NCBI GenBank assembly: GCA_963677925.2
Contig: CAXXYH010000004.1
Coordinates: 2,528,001-2,592,000, forward strand
Direction: 5' to 3'
DNA length: 64,000 nucleotides
From: Spirochaetia bacterium
Lineage (GTDB): Bacteria > Spirochaetota > Spirochaetia > UBA9216
The first letter of the stretch is position 1; every line of letters starts with the position of its first letter. Position numbers and translations under genes: made by a program. The notes beneath the pieces are model-generated. The model was not told the DNA's origin. It worked only from the letters and a program-made list of their open reading frames with translations, and made no database searches. Positions 9,188 through 19,895 of this stretch are shown piece after piece.

Positions 9188-10456
9188 ATGAATATACTGC
9201 ATATAGACAGAAGCAGTTTTGTGCACAAGACTGTTAGACAGGGGATTGAGTCCGGGAATGTAAAATACAGCGTCTGTACTTCAATCTCTGAAGCTTTTGT
9301 CATATTGAGGCAGACTGACATCGATTTAATACTTACCGGTATTGAACTCTCCGACGGTACGGCTTCAGAACTTCTGGACCGGTTAAAATCTACAGAATTC
9401 AGAGATACTCCTGTAATTCTTCTCACGTCTGATGATAATCTAAATGTAAGAGATAAATATTTCAGTCTGGGTGTTGTTGATTTCATAATTAAAAACGGGA
9501 CTTTCATTGAGGAATTGAATGAGTACATCAATTTCTTCCATGAAAACAGCCGTCTGATGTCTGCAATGCAGGATGCTTCAATAGCAGTCCTTGATGACAG
9601 TAAATTCAGTATACAGGTAATAAAATCAACCCTGAGTCTGGCCGGAATTAATAATCCGGATATATATGAAGACCCGGTAGAATTAATTGAAACTAAAAAG
9701 ATATACGATATCTATCTACTCGATATGGTTCTGCCGAATATGTCCGGAAAACAGATACTGATGAAGCTGAGAAAATCAAATCCATTTGCAACAATTCTTA
9801 TGGTTTCTTCTTCAGAGCATTACAATACTATCCTTCATGTACTTGAGACCGGCGCGGACGATTATATTATCAAGCCCTTTGATTCGCGGATGATGCTTGC
9901 CAGATTGAAAACAAACTTTCGTAATTATCTGCTGATAAAGGAGCTTCAGAAGCAGAAGGAAATTGTATCTGAAATGTCAGTCACAGATCCTCTTACAGGA
10001 GCAAAAAATCGAAGATTTATTTTCGAACGTCTGGATATTGAGATCAACAATGCGAAAAGAACAAAACGTCCGCTTTCGATATTAATGATTGACCTGGATA
10101 ATTTTAAAGCGGTTAATGATAATTATGGTCACCCGATGGGTGATCTTGTTCTGAAAGCGCTTGCGGAGCTTTTTATGAGCAATATCCGTCCATCTGATAC
10201 CTTCAGCCGTTACGGCGGTGAGGAATTCATGCTGATTATGCCTGAAACTTCTATTGAAGCTGCGCAGGGGACTGCCCTGCGATTAAAGCAGCTTTTTTCA
10301 GAGGTTGAAATTGCAGACTTTAAAGACCGGCCTGCAATTTCATTCAGCGGAGGCCTGGTTGAATGGAAGGGTGAAGAGCTTGATATGTGCATAAAACTTG
10401 CCGATGACCTGCTTTATAAGGCCAAAAGCGGCGGTAAAAACACAATCTGTATTTAG
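9188..10456 (+). CDS. REC-REC-GGDEF diguanylate cyclase
   Basis: Two receiver folds; TDPLTG, DLDNFKAVNDNYGH, RPSD I-site, GGEEF. Confidence 0.92.
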   Translation: MNILHIDRSSFVHKTVRQGIESGNVKYSVCTSISEAFVILRQTDIDLILTGIELSDGTASELLDRLKSTEFRDTPVILLTSDDNLNVRDKYFSLGVVDFIIKNGTFIEELNEYINFFHENSRLMSAMQDASIAVLDDSKFSIQVIKSTLSLAGINNPDIYEDPVELIETKKIYDIYLLDMVLPNMSGKQILMKLRKSNPFATILMVSSSEHYNTILHVLETGADDYIIKPFDSRMMLARLKTNFRNYLLIKELQKQKEIVSEMSVTDPLTGAKNRRFIFERLDIEINNAKRTKRPLSILMIDLDNFKAVNDNYGHPMGDLVLKALAELFMSNIRPSDTFSRYGGEEFMLIMPETSIEAAQGTALRLKQLFSEVEIADFKDRPAISFSGGLVEWKGEELDMCIKLADDLLYKAKSGGKNTICI

Positions 10457-10475
10457 CAAAGCTCAACCCGTGTTC

Positions 10476-12227
10476 TTATCTTTCCGCTTCTATCAGCGCA
10501 GCTGTCTGAAGGCATAAATCTTCCCGGTACATAGCCGAAATAATCTGTATTCCATAATAGCTGCCCTCATATACTTTAACCGGCGCTGAAACTGCAGGAT
10601 ATCCCATGAAGCCCAGTGCGCTGCATATGCGCCCCGAATCAGAATTAAGATTTGCTTCATCAGAGTTAATATAATCCGAGTAAGGAAGCGGTGCCAGTAC
10701 TACAGGAAAGTCTCTGAAATAGTCAGCCCATATTTTTATCCATGTTTCACGCATCATCAGCAATTTCAGATAGTTTTTCATCTCAGAATCGCTTACAGTA
10801 CCGGTAACGTATCGAGTTTCAGTTTCAAGCATTCTGAGGCTGGCTTCTGCAATTTGATTAAGTTCCGGCAGCTCTGTCTCAATTATTTCGTAGCCCTTTC
10901 TTGCAAAAACTCCCGATGCATCGTCAACAGCTCTGGCTGTATTTGCATCAACAGTACTGCCGCCCGGATTTCTAATAATACCGACTTTAAAGGGAATAGA
11001 TATCTCAGGCCCTGAAGCTGGTATCGGAAGTGCTCTAGGATCCTCGGAATCTGCACCGGCTGTTATCTGGAAAGCGAGATGCAGATCTGCTACTGTGGCC
11101 GATGCAAAGCCGGAAACTGAAATCAAACGTGATGCAAATGCCTCTGAGCCGCCGGCTGAATATGAGGCAATTCTCCCGTATGACGGTTTCAGTGCTGACA
11201 GGCCTTTCCGGACTGAAGAGACTGCAAGTGAGCCGCAAATATCGCCGGCAATATGCAGAGGGGCGGATGCCGATGCAGATACAGCAGATTCTGCTTCAGC
11301 AGGGACAGTCTGGGTATAGCCCATAAAAACAGCTCCTGCTTCTTTTAGTTTTCTCGCTGCAGGAGAGGCTTCATCTGCCGTAAAAGGAACTCCGGTTAGA
11401 GGTCCCAGATATTCTCCGTTTGCTATGCAGCGATCAATAATTTCAGCATCTTCACGCAGAGACTGCAGAATTACCATAGACCCCCCGGTCTCTTCAATAA
11501 ATGAATCGGCTATATCGACTGCTTTTAACTTACCGGTTTTTACAGCTTCAGCAAGTTTAACAGCAGAAAGTTTCCATGGTTCTGTAATCTTATCCGGCAC
11601 ATTGTATTCAGACTTAAGTGCAGAAATTCTGGCAATTTTTGAATCGAACCATTTGTCCGACGCTGTATTCTGCCTTACCGGTTGTAAAAGCATATTTAGA
11701 TGCCCGGTTATATCTGAAGGCCATGGAGCAGTGAGGGCATCAAATACCTGCCATTTACCTCCATACAGTGCACGGCCGGCTTCTTCAAACCCTGGGAGGT
11801 TTCCTCCTATTGCCCACATAAAATTACCTGCTGCTTCAATGGTCTGCTTTTTAAGCTGTTCGGGACTGATTTCCTTCGAGGCGTTTTCAACCAGGTTCCG
11901 TATGGTGCCAGAAGCCTTTTTTGGCTGTTTCTCAAGCCACTCCCAGTGTCTGGGCATCAGAGAGACTTCTCCGCAGACTACACCAAGTTTCGGTCTGCCG
12001 GGACCCTTTTTCGGTTTATCTTCAGGTATCACTCTTGAGATAACTTCATCAAGACTTCCTGTAAAATTAAAATCAGTCTGTCTGCCGGTGCTGTTGTCGA
12101 AAATGAGAATAGCTGTATCAGGTTTCGATTGAATATGAGTCCAGACAGCTTCAAGCAGCTGCTCCAGCGGACCGGTTACGATGAGATTCATTCCGGAAAA
12201 TGCACTGAATGTTTTTATCTTGTTCAT
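10476..12227 (-). CDS. DUF2239 domain fused to a degenerate amidase-signature domain
   Basis: N-half GRPKLGVV..EVSLMPRHWEWL..GNLPGFEEA.RALY..WP.D; C-half GPLTGVPF, LKPSYGRI, GYPAVSAP, G.QI....REDLCL. Confidence 0.75.
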   Translation of the reverse strand: MNKIKTFSAFSGMNLIVTGPLEQLLEAVWTHIQSKPDTAILIFDNSTGRQTDFNFTGSLDEVISRVIPEDKPKKGPGRPKLGVVCGEVSLMPRHWEWLEKQPKKASGTIRNLVENASKEISPEQLKKQTIEAAGNFMWAIGGNLPGFEEAGRALYGGKWQVFDALTAPWPSDITGHLNMLLQPVRQNTASDKWFDSKIARISALKSEYNVPDKITEPWKLSAVKLAEAVKTGKLKAVDIADSFIEETGGSMVILQSLREDAEIIDRCIANGEYLGPLTGVPFTADEASPAARKLKEAGAVFMGYTQTVPAEAESAVSASASAPLHIAGDICGSLAVSSVRKGLSALKPSYGRIASYSAGGSEAFASRLISVSGFASATVADLHLAFQITAGADSEDPRALPIPASGPEISIPFKVGIIRNPGGSTVDANTARAVDDASGVFARKGYEIIETELPELNQIAEASLRMLETETRYVTGTVSDSEMKNYLKLLMMRETWIKIWADYFRDFPVVLAPLPYSDYINSDEANLNSDSGRICSALGFMGYPAVSAPVKVYEGSYYGIQIISAMYREDLCLQTAALIEAER

Positions 12228-12290
12228 AAAACCATTAATACCCGGGTAAAAATAATTTGTCAATAAAATATTGGTTAAATATGCATTTTT

Positions 12291-14578
12291 TTACCAATAT
12301 TCTATAGCGCCTACATCAACAGTACCATTTTCTCTTGGGTTTCCCGCAAGATCGAGCAGATCCTCATCAAAAAGGTAACTTCCGTTTCCGTTATCTCTTG
12401 CCGGGCTTGCCGCGATAGGAATAAAATCGGTATCAAGTTCTGGATCACAGATGAAAGTAGAATAAGAACTCATGTCAAAATCCCCGTCATCGGAATCATA
12501 GGAGTCGATATCTGTTTTAATTATTGAATAATAGGAAGCAACACTGCTGGGGGCGTCTTCATTGAGCATGTAAATCTGTGCTCCGTTGCCTGCAGTATTA
12601 TCGCTTAAAATACTGTTTCTCAGATAAAGGTTGGATCCATTAGAAAGATATAAGCCTCCACCGTTTTCACTTGTGGAATTACCAATCAGCGTACAGTTAA
12701 GTAAAGTTAAATTTATATAATTTAGGAATATTCCGCCTCCGGAATATTCTGCATAGTTATTGTAAAGAAGTGAATTTTTTACATACAGATTGTTGTCATC
12801 ATATGAGTAAATTGCTCCGCCGTAATCCGCCTGGTTATTCCTGAAAATGCACCTGTCTACAAGACTCCAGCTTGAAGTGGAACTGTGCCAATCGTCTATA
12901 TACAATGCACCTCCGAAAACTGCTGTATTATTTTCAAAAGTGCATCCGCTCACCTTATAAGGGGCGGAATATGCACTTATAGCGCCTCCATACCTTGCCG
13001 CGGTATTCCCGTAAAAATAGCAGTCTGTAAATATTGGAACTGGCGCATTAAAGCCGCCGATATAAACGGCTCCGCCATCATCGTTCAGATTGTGATTATT
13101 TATAAAATCACAGTCAGTGACCTGCAACTCCGCCATATAGGAGTATATAGTACCGCCCCAGTATGGAGTACTGTTGTCCTCAAATTTACAGTCGCTGATA
13201 TAATAAATACTGTAGCCTATATTCAGTACTCCGGCGGAATTACCTCTGAAAGTACAGCCGGAAAGAGTGTGAACTGTATCTTCCGGATAACCATTATAAT
13301 AAATTGCCCTTCCTCCGTCGTTGTCTATAAACTCGCAGTCGGTAATATTTGATTCACTGGTCCATTGCACATACACAAGTGAGGATGTTGATGCATTATT
13401 ATTAAAACTACAGTTTTCTATTTCCAATTTTGCGCCGGCTTCAGCAAAAAGAAGGGCATGCCGGTATCTTATGTTTTCAAAATAAGAATCCTTAATAAGC
13501 AGATCAAGATTCTGTTCATTATCATTTTCATTTTAAAATTGATTCCCACACCGTCAAAATGACAGTTTTCTATGGCAAGTTTTGTTCCGTCAAAATCAAG
13601 ATAACTTGAGTAGGAAGTAGAATCTGAGAAATCACAGTCGGAAAAGGTTATAATGGATTCATCAGCTGAAAATGAATCACTGCCATCAGACAGATTGAAA
13701 CTGCAGTCTGAGAATGAAATACTACTGTTCTCTATTTCGATTGCACTGCAACTGAAGGTACAGTTTTCAAAAAGGGAACCGGCATTACAGCAATCAAGCG
13801 TGTCCCAGTATGAAGTAAAAACCGTATTGGTAATAAAGGGGGAAGAATCGGTATTCTGCATTCCGTCAGCCCCGGAAATATATACACCGTCAAGGACTGA
13901 AGTTTCATCAAGAGCCGCAGACGCAGGATTGTATATTCTGGTACCTATTATCGATTTGTACTTTGAATAATCTCTTTCCTCAATTGAGCTTTCCCCGCCC
14001 TTAAAGCCCCCGTAAATTTTTAAATTATTTCTAAGCGCAATATGGCAATAATCATCCGTCCAGGGATAACTTTCAGTTTCATAAGTTCCATCTGCAATCC
14101 AGACTTCAGGGATACCTTTCTCCCAGGCGTAGTCTATGGCCTGCTGAAGGTCTGTAAATGCAGAATCCCAGGAATCTCCGTAACCCGGGATTGCAGTGTT
14201 GATATCAACCAGTATCTTTTCCAGATCAGAATCAACTGTTATTTCACATTCACAGCTTATCATACCGTCGGAGTCTTCGACAGTAATAACAGCAGTTCCG
14301 AATGAAATGGCCTTCACAAGCCCTTCATCAGATACTTCTACAACAGATATGTTGCTTGAAGTCCAGATAGTTGACGCCGGGACAGCATATTCCGGAAAGA
14401 AAGTAAGAGCAAGCTGACGCTCAGCCCCTACAGCCAGATGAAAAGAGGAGTAGTTTAGCCTCATGTCCTCCAGCTCATAGGACTGCATACTGCAGGATGT
14501 AAGAAAGGCCGTAATCATAATGCTGATGAGAAATAAATAAATATTCAGGATGGTACTGATATTTCTTTTTATAATCAT
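12291..14578 (-). pseudogene. Surface lipoprotein (Big_2 Ig-like domain plus right-handed beta-helix with GGA(I/V)Y/FxxN repeats), interrupted by a 1-nt frameshift near 13531-13534
   Basis: ORF 13469-14602 joins ORF 12291-13427 if one A is added in TTT AAA A; lipobox FLTSC; C-terminal DLAGNPR..VDVGAIEY. Confidence 0.75.
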
Positions 14579-14582
14579 TGGT

Positions 14583-16553
14583 TCAGGATCTCCCGCCGTC
14601 ATGAATAGTCCAGCCTAGCTCATTAGTAAGTTTAGCTCTGGCGGCTTCAGCCTCATCGCTGCTGTATCTGGAGCTTCCCCCATGAAAGGTCAGACCTGTC
14701 TTTGTTACCTGTTCTGCAAGACTTATCAGCAGTTTATTGTAATTCTCAGCAGAAAGTTTCGCATAATCAAGAAAATAATAAAAACTAGCCACTTTTCTGA
14801 AATCCCAGCCGCTTATATCCTGATCAAAAGCTTCCGCTCCGCTGAACATATCTCTCATATCTACAACATTTGATGTATTCCAGCTGCCAATATCCTGATT
14901 GAATGCCCTGGCTTTATAAAACATATAAGACATATCGGTTACATTTGAAGTATCCCAGCTGCCTATATCCTGATTAAAATCATTTGCATATTCGAACATT
15001 TCATTCATTTTGATTACATTTGATGTATTCCAGCCGCCTATATCCTGATTAAACTGAGTGGCACTTCCGAACATCTCAGACATATTATAAACCTTTGATG
15101 TATCCCATCCGCCTATATCCTGATTGAAATCACCGGCCATGTAGAAGACCCTATTCATTGAAGTTACATTCGATGTATCCCAGTTTCCAATATCCTGGTT
15201 AAATGTGGAATGGTTAGAGAACATCCTGCCTATGTTGGTAACATTTGAAATATCCCAGCCGCCTATATCCTGATCAAATGAATCGGCATTCAGAAACATA
15301 CAGTACATGCTCTCCGCGGCTGAAACATCCCAGCCGCTTATATCCTGATTAAAAAGATCAGCATCCATAAACATCCCGTTAAAATCTTTCACATTTGATG
15401 TGTCCCAGGCGCTTATGTCCTGATTGAAGGATGAAGCGCCGCAGAACATATAAGCCATATCGGTAGCATTGGAAGTGTTCCAGTCTCCTATGTCCTGATT
15501 AAAGGCGGATGCACCATAAAATAATCGGCTTATATCCTGCACTCTCCATATCTCCCAGTCTTCAAGTCCCTGTATCTCAGTGAGCGAATCACAGTTTTCA
15601 AATGGGTAGCTTAGTCCGTAAATATCTGTAAGATCAGGAGTATCGTAAGCGGTAATTACAAGATTTTTACAGTCGTAAAATGTTCCGGAAATATTGTAAA
15701 AACTGAAATCTCCCCATTGCTTGAGTTCAATTATTTTGGAAGATTCGGTGGGTGAGCTGAAACGCAGCCCTTTTATAATACCGGTTATCTTTACATCATA
15801 TACGCCTTCAGTATCGTATATATGAAGTTTATCAGAATCATCATAGGAGGTAATCAGGCTTGAACTGCCGTCGCCCCATTCCGCGAGGAATGTATAATTA
15901 CCATCACTGGAAAGAGGCAGTGCAATTCTAGCATCATCGTAATATCCGCCTGATTCAACATCCCAGGTAGTTATGAATTGACTGCCGCCGACAAAAACAA
16001 CACAGTAATCAAGATATGCTCCATAGGCCGAACTTGCCTGTATCAGGCCCACGCCTTCAGAGACTGCAGTAACTTTCCCGCTGTCTTCGACTGACACTAT
16101 ACTTGGGGTCTTGGATTCCCAGTTCACTGAATCATATTCAGATGAATCTGTTATTACTTCCGCAGTAAGGATATATTTTTCATTTAAACCAAGATTAATA
16201 TATTCAGAGTCAATTGAAATGCCTGATATGTCTGTTACTATTATTTCACAGCTGTCAGAAAGCTCTCCGTCAGGGGTTTCAATCCATACATATGTAACTC
16301 CTGGTTTCAATCCGGTAACAATTCCGTTCTCGTTAATGGATGCAGTCAGCGGATCATCGACAAGCCATCTTCTCTCATCGCCGGTATGCCAGTAGTCATA
16401 CTCTCCAACCCAGTTGTAAAACAGCTGCACAGATTCATCAACAGAAAGGTATATCGAATCTTCTGTAATGACTATGCCATCGGCAAATTTTCCGCATGAT
16501 AGATGAATAAAGATCAGGGGAATAAGCACGGCAGATACAAAAAACTTTTTCAA
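14583..16553 (-). CDS. BspA/DUF285-repeat surface lipoprotein with two Big_2 and one PKD-like domain
   Basis: Lipobox HLSC; Ig-like segments; WGDG..H.Y...G.Y.V; ten 25-aa repeats FNQDIGxWDTSNVTxMxxMF. Confidence 0.9.
   Translation of the reverse strand: MKKFFVSAVLIPLIFIHLSCGKFADGIVITEDSIYLSVDESVQLFYNWVGEYDYWHTGDERRWLVDDPLTASINENGIVTGLKPGVTYVWIETPDGELSDSCEIIVTDISGISIDSEYINLGLNEKYILTAEVITDSSEYDSVNWESKTPSIVSVEDSGKVTAVSEGVGLIQASSAYGAYLDYCVVFVGGSQFITTWDVESGGYYDDARIALPLSSDGNYTFLAEWGDGSSSLITSYDDSDKLHIYDTEGVYDVKITGIIKGLRFSSPTESSKIIELKQWGDFSFYNISGTFYDCKNLVITAYDTPDLTDIYGLSYPFENCDSLTEIQGLEDWEIWRVQDISRLFYGASAFNQDIGDWNTSNATDMAYMFCGASSFNQDISAWDTSNVKDFNGMFMDADLFNQDISGWDVSAAESMYCMFLNADSFDQDIGGWDISNVTNIGRMFSNHSTFNQDIGNWDTSNVTSMNRVFYMAGDFNQDIGGWDTSKVYNMSEMFGSATQFNQDIGGWNTSNVIKMNEMFEYANDFNQDIGSWDTSNVTDMSYMFYKARAFNQDIGSWNTSNVVDMRDMFSGAEAFDQDISGWDFRKVASFYYFLDYAKLSAENYNKLLISLAEQVTKTGLTFHGGSSRYSSDEAEAARAKLTNELGWTIHDGGRS
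14790..15566 (-). repeat. 75-bp coding tandem repeat, about 10 copies (DUF285)
   Basis: atatcctgatt-like core recurs every 75 nt (about 14815, 14890, 14965 ... 15490). Confidence 0.9.
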
Positions 16554-16598
16554 TTTCTCACCTTTTTAGATTATGAGGTGATTATATAAACAAAAAAA

Positions 16599-17051
16599 TT
16601 ACACGTCAATTATATTCTTTTTGAACTTGAGCAGCAGGTCTGCCAGTATCATCACCAAACCTGCCAGCTCTACGGCATGAATATGCCGGATATAAATATA
16701 ATTTGCCCTCATCAGTACAAACAGCATCAGTACAATTATTCCGGCAATCGACAGCATGGAATGAACCACGGCGTTTCTGTTCTTAATAAAAATGAAAAGA
16801 ATCAGGATTATAAAGATTATAGCCACCGTAAGAATTACTGAGAAATATACAATATACCTGTACTCAAAAAGATGAAACCGGTAGGAAATATAGCGCCATA
16901 TCATTGCCAGAAGGATTTGGACATCAAGCTGTTTATTGACCCCGAGCAGAAAGAGGAAGGATGTAATAACTGTCCATAATCTGAAGTTGCCGCGCTCTTT
17001 GCGGATCTTAATAGTAAACAGCAGTGCTGAAATAAAAGTTACAATGTACAT
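16599..17051 (-). CDS. Uncharacterised integral membrane protein; true start probably further upstream
   Basis: Hydrophobic helices and LGVNKQLDVQ; frame stays open upstream of the ATG (WFSRNGDTTFWSWII). Confidence 0.65.
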   Translation of the reverse strand: MYIVTFISALLFTIKIRKERGNFRLWTVITSFLFLLGVNKQLDVQILLAMIWRYISYRFHLFEYRYIVYFSVILTVAIIFIILILFIFIKNRNAVVHSMLSIAGIIVLMLFVLMRANYIYIRHIHAVELAGLVMILADLLLKFKKNIIDV

Positions 17052-17146
17052 GAATGTGATGATCCATGACCAGAAGGTTGTGTCTCCGTTTCTGGAAAAC
17101 CAGACGGCAAGAAAGTGTATTATTTTATCGATAAAGCAAAAACCTC

Positions 17147-18367
17147 TTATGTGGGAATATTCAATTTCAGCTTTTCCCGCTGCAGATAATCGACTGCATT
17201 CACAAACTTGTATGAGCAGAACCGCCGTTTTTTGTCTGATACCGTATAGAGTATTCCCTTATGATAAAAATCAAGGACTTCTTTATTCTGTACATTGATT
17301 CCGCTTATTTCATTCAGTGGTGCTCTCAGCACCTCACTGCCCTTAGCATCCTTCATTACCAGAGCATCAGAGTAGAGGTTAAGGCTTCCTGATGAAAACT
17401 GTTTTAATCTTCGGCTTTTATAGCCTGTCTGGAATACCGCATTCTCTCCTTTAAGAAGGAGTTTATCAGTTCCGTAGTCCCGATCAAGTCTGTCTTTTAG
17501 GTGATCAAGCTGCCATTTGTTCCAGTCGCGGAGGTTGTCAAAGCCCTTTTGCCTGTTTACAGGGCTGATTACCTGATAATCATCAATGTGCCACTTATTT
17601 CCGCAGCTGGAGCATGTGAAATCAGGACCCTCAGAGATGAAGCCTGAGGTCTCCCCGCATTCTGGACAGCAGAACAGGAACTGTTCAATATTTTCAGCAT
17701 AACGGTTGCCGGTGAATCTGATTTTTGCTTCTTTCTGATATTCAATTTCATCATGATCTAGTGCTTCTGTCAGTGCGGAGTGTATATCCGATATTTTCAT
17801 TGAGGCGCATTCTTCACCGTCGAAAAGCAGCCGATATTCAACCCTGAGCTTTCCCTTTCTGATAGACATCCCCCAGCGCGGCTGGCTGAAAAATCCGCCC
17901 TTAAAAATTGCAACCACCACCGGCATTTTCAGCATGCGTACAAGCTTTGATGTTGATTTAATAACCGGAAGGGTACATCCGTCCCAGGTTCTCTGACCCT
18001 CGGGGAATATTCCTATGGAGCCGCCCCTCTCTTTTATCTCAAAAATATTTTTAAGCGCGTCAATATCAGATTGAGCTTTAGTTTTAGGGACTGCTCCCAT
18101 GAACTTCAGAAGAAATCCGAAAAGTCTTGAGCGGAATACAGCATCTGAAGTAATATAAAAAATTGAACCCTTAAGGTACATTCCAGCAATGAATGGATCC
18201 CAGAAACCCTGATGATTTGCTAAAAGAAGGTAGGGCGGTTTTAATTCTGCAATTTCTCGGGGCATGGATATTTCGATGTTTAACAGTTTTCCAAGTATCC
18301 GCTTCAGCGCAAATCTAATCACAGCTTCTACACCATGATACGAGTTTATCCTGCGTTTGGAACCCAT
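17147..18367 (-). CDS. PlsC-type lysophospholipid acyltransferase with C-terminal Zn-ribbon extension
   Basis: NHQGFWD (HxxxxD), FPEGQR, CPEC...CSSC. Confidence 0.88.
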   Translation of the reverse strand: MGSKRRINSYHGVEAVIRFALKRILGKLLNIEISMPREIAELKPPYLLLANHQGFWDPFIAGMYLKGSIFYITSDAVFRSRLFGFLLKFMGAVPKTKAQSDIDALKNIFEIKERGGSIGIFPEGQRTWDGCTLPVIKSTSKLVRMLKMPVVVAIFKGGFFSQPRWGMSIRKGKLRVEYRLLFDGEECASMKISDIHSALTEALDHDEIEYQKEAKIRFTGNRYAENIEQFLFCCPECGETSGFISEGPDFTCSSCGNKWHIDDYQVISPVNRQKGFDNLRDWNKWQLDHLKDRLDRDYGTDKLLLKGENAVFQTGYKSRRLKQFSSGSLNLYSDALVMKDAKGSEVLRAPLNEISGINVQNKEVLDFYHKGILYTVSDKKRRFCSYKFVNAVDYLQREKLKLNIPT

Positions 18368-18458
18368 AGATTATCTCCTGTCTAAGAACATAGTTGCATT
18401 AATTTGAAAACCCTACAATAATTATAGTGAAATTACTTTATAGCGAAAGAGGCATTTA

Positions 18459-19889
18459 ATGAATTATCAGTGGTCTATATTCATAAATCTCGGCATCATT
18501 TCCTGCGGACTTCTTCTTGCAACAGTAATCCGTGCGAAAGTCCGTTTCTTTCAGCGGTTCCTTATTCCTAATTCACTGCTTGCAGGCTTTATCCTGCTGC
18601 CCCTGTATAACTTCGTTTTTCCAAGGCTTGGGATTTCCTCTGTCGATCTCGGTGAGCTTGCATATCATCTTTTAAGCCTATCTTTTGTTGCTCTTTCGCT
18701 TAAAGCCCTCCCGAGAAAGAAACCCGGAAAGGGAAGAATATTCGGTACAACGCTCTCAATACTTTTTCAGTTCGGTGTTCAGGGCTTTATCGGCCTGATT
18801 CTGACCTTTGTATTTATTAAAACCCTTTATCCGAATCTTTTTCACAGCTTCGGATATCTCCTGCCGCTTGGTTATGCACAGGGGCCTGGACAGGCGTATT
18901 CAATAGGTTCAAGCTGGTCGTCCTTCGGTGTTGAAGGGGCAGGAAGCATCGGCCTTACTTTTGCAGCACTTGGATTTATAATCTGCAGTTTCGGCGGTAT
19001 ATTCATCATCCATTACGGAATAAAGAATAGATGGATATCCAAAGAAGAAATAAAATTCTTTAAAAAGAAAAGCGTCTTAAGCGGAATAATTCCCAAAGGA
19101 GAGGATCTGCAGCCCGGTTCCTACCAGACAACAGAAACAGAGGCTATCGATACGCTTACAATAAACAGTATTATTGTGATTCTGGGTTATTTTATGGCTT
19201 ATCTTGTATTAACGGGCCTGGACTTTCTTCTGAGTTTTATAGGTCCGGCAGGGGAGCAGCTTGCAGAAACTTTCTGGGGACTCAGTTTTATCTTTGCTGC
19301 GATGATGGGCCTTCTTCTTAGACAGATTCTTAAGGTTACAGATAATCAGCATATTATTGATAATCTTACAATGAACAGATTGACAGGATTGTTTGTTGAT
19401 CTGATGGTGGCAAGTGCAATAGCAGCCATTTCAATTGTTGTAATTAAAAACTTCTGGCTTCCTATTCTGACAATCGCTATTGTGGGCGGCCTTGTGACTG
19501 CATTCACCACCTTCTGGTACTCATCCAGAGTTTTTACGGATCATCGTTTCCTCCGCAGTCTGCTGGTCTTCGGGGTTTCAACAGGAACGTTGTCGACAGG
19601 GCTTGCATTGCTCAGAGTCGTTGATCCGGATTTCGAATCTCCAGTTGCTACAGACTATACATATTCAGCCGGTATAACCTTTGCTCTGGCTATTCCATAT
19701 GTACTTACAATGAACCTTCCTCTGCATACATATACCAGCGGTGATTACAAGTGGTTCTGGATGGCAGTGCTGATAAATGTAGCCTACCTGATTTTTACGG
19801 GTATATTCTTTATAAAGTTTGCCGGAAAAAAGACTTTTAAACATAAGTCCAGCATCTGGTATCCTGAAGAGGTTTCTGCTTCGGAGTAA
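18459..19889 (+). CDS. Sodium:glutamate symporter (GltS/ESS family)
   Basis: QRFLIPNSLLAG, GYAQGPGQA, FGVSTGT..TGLALLRVVDPD. Confidence 0.88.
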   Translation: MNYQWSIFINLGIISCGLLLATVIRAKVRFFQRFLIPNSLLAGFILLPLYNFVFPRLGISSVDLGELAYHLLSLSFVALSLKALPRKKPGKGRIFGTTLSILFQFGVQGFIGLILTFVFIKTLYPNLFHSFGYLLPLGYAQGPGQAYSIGSSWSSFGVEGAGSIGLTFAALGFIICSFGGIFIIHYGIKNRWISKEEIKFFKKKSVLSGIIPKGEDLQPGSYQTTETEAIDTLTINSIIVILGYFMAYLVLTGLDFLLSFIGPAGEQLAETFWGLSFIFAAMMGLLLRQILKVTDNQHIIDNLTMNRLTGLFVDLMVASAIAAISIVVIKNFWLPILTIAIVGGLVTAFTTFWYSSRVFTDHRFLRSLLVFGVSTGTLSTGLALLRVVDPDFESPVATDYTYSAGITFALAIPYVLTMNLPLHTYTSGDYKWFWMAVLINVAYLIFTGIFFIKFAGKKTFKHKSSIWYPEEVSASE

Positions 19890-19895
19890 TATAAA

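Noticed and set aside
11425-12132. Long antisense ORF (235 aa), and similar ones at 30072-30560, 12885-13352 and 62938-63585
   Set aside because: They lie opposite well-supported genes and show no SD or family motifs; typical antisense shadows.
14790-15566. CRISPR array or DGR target
   Set aside because: The repeats are in-frame, degenerate 75-bp coding units; no cas genes, reverse transcriptase or template repeat in the window.
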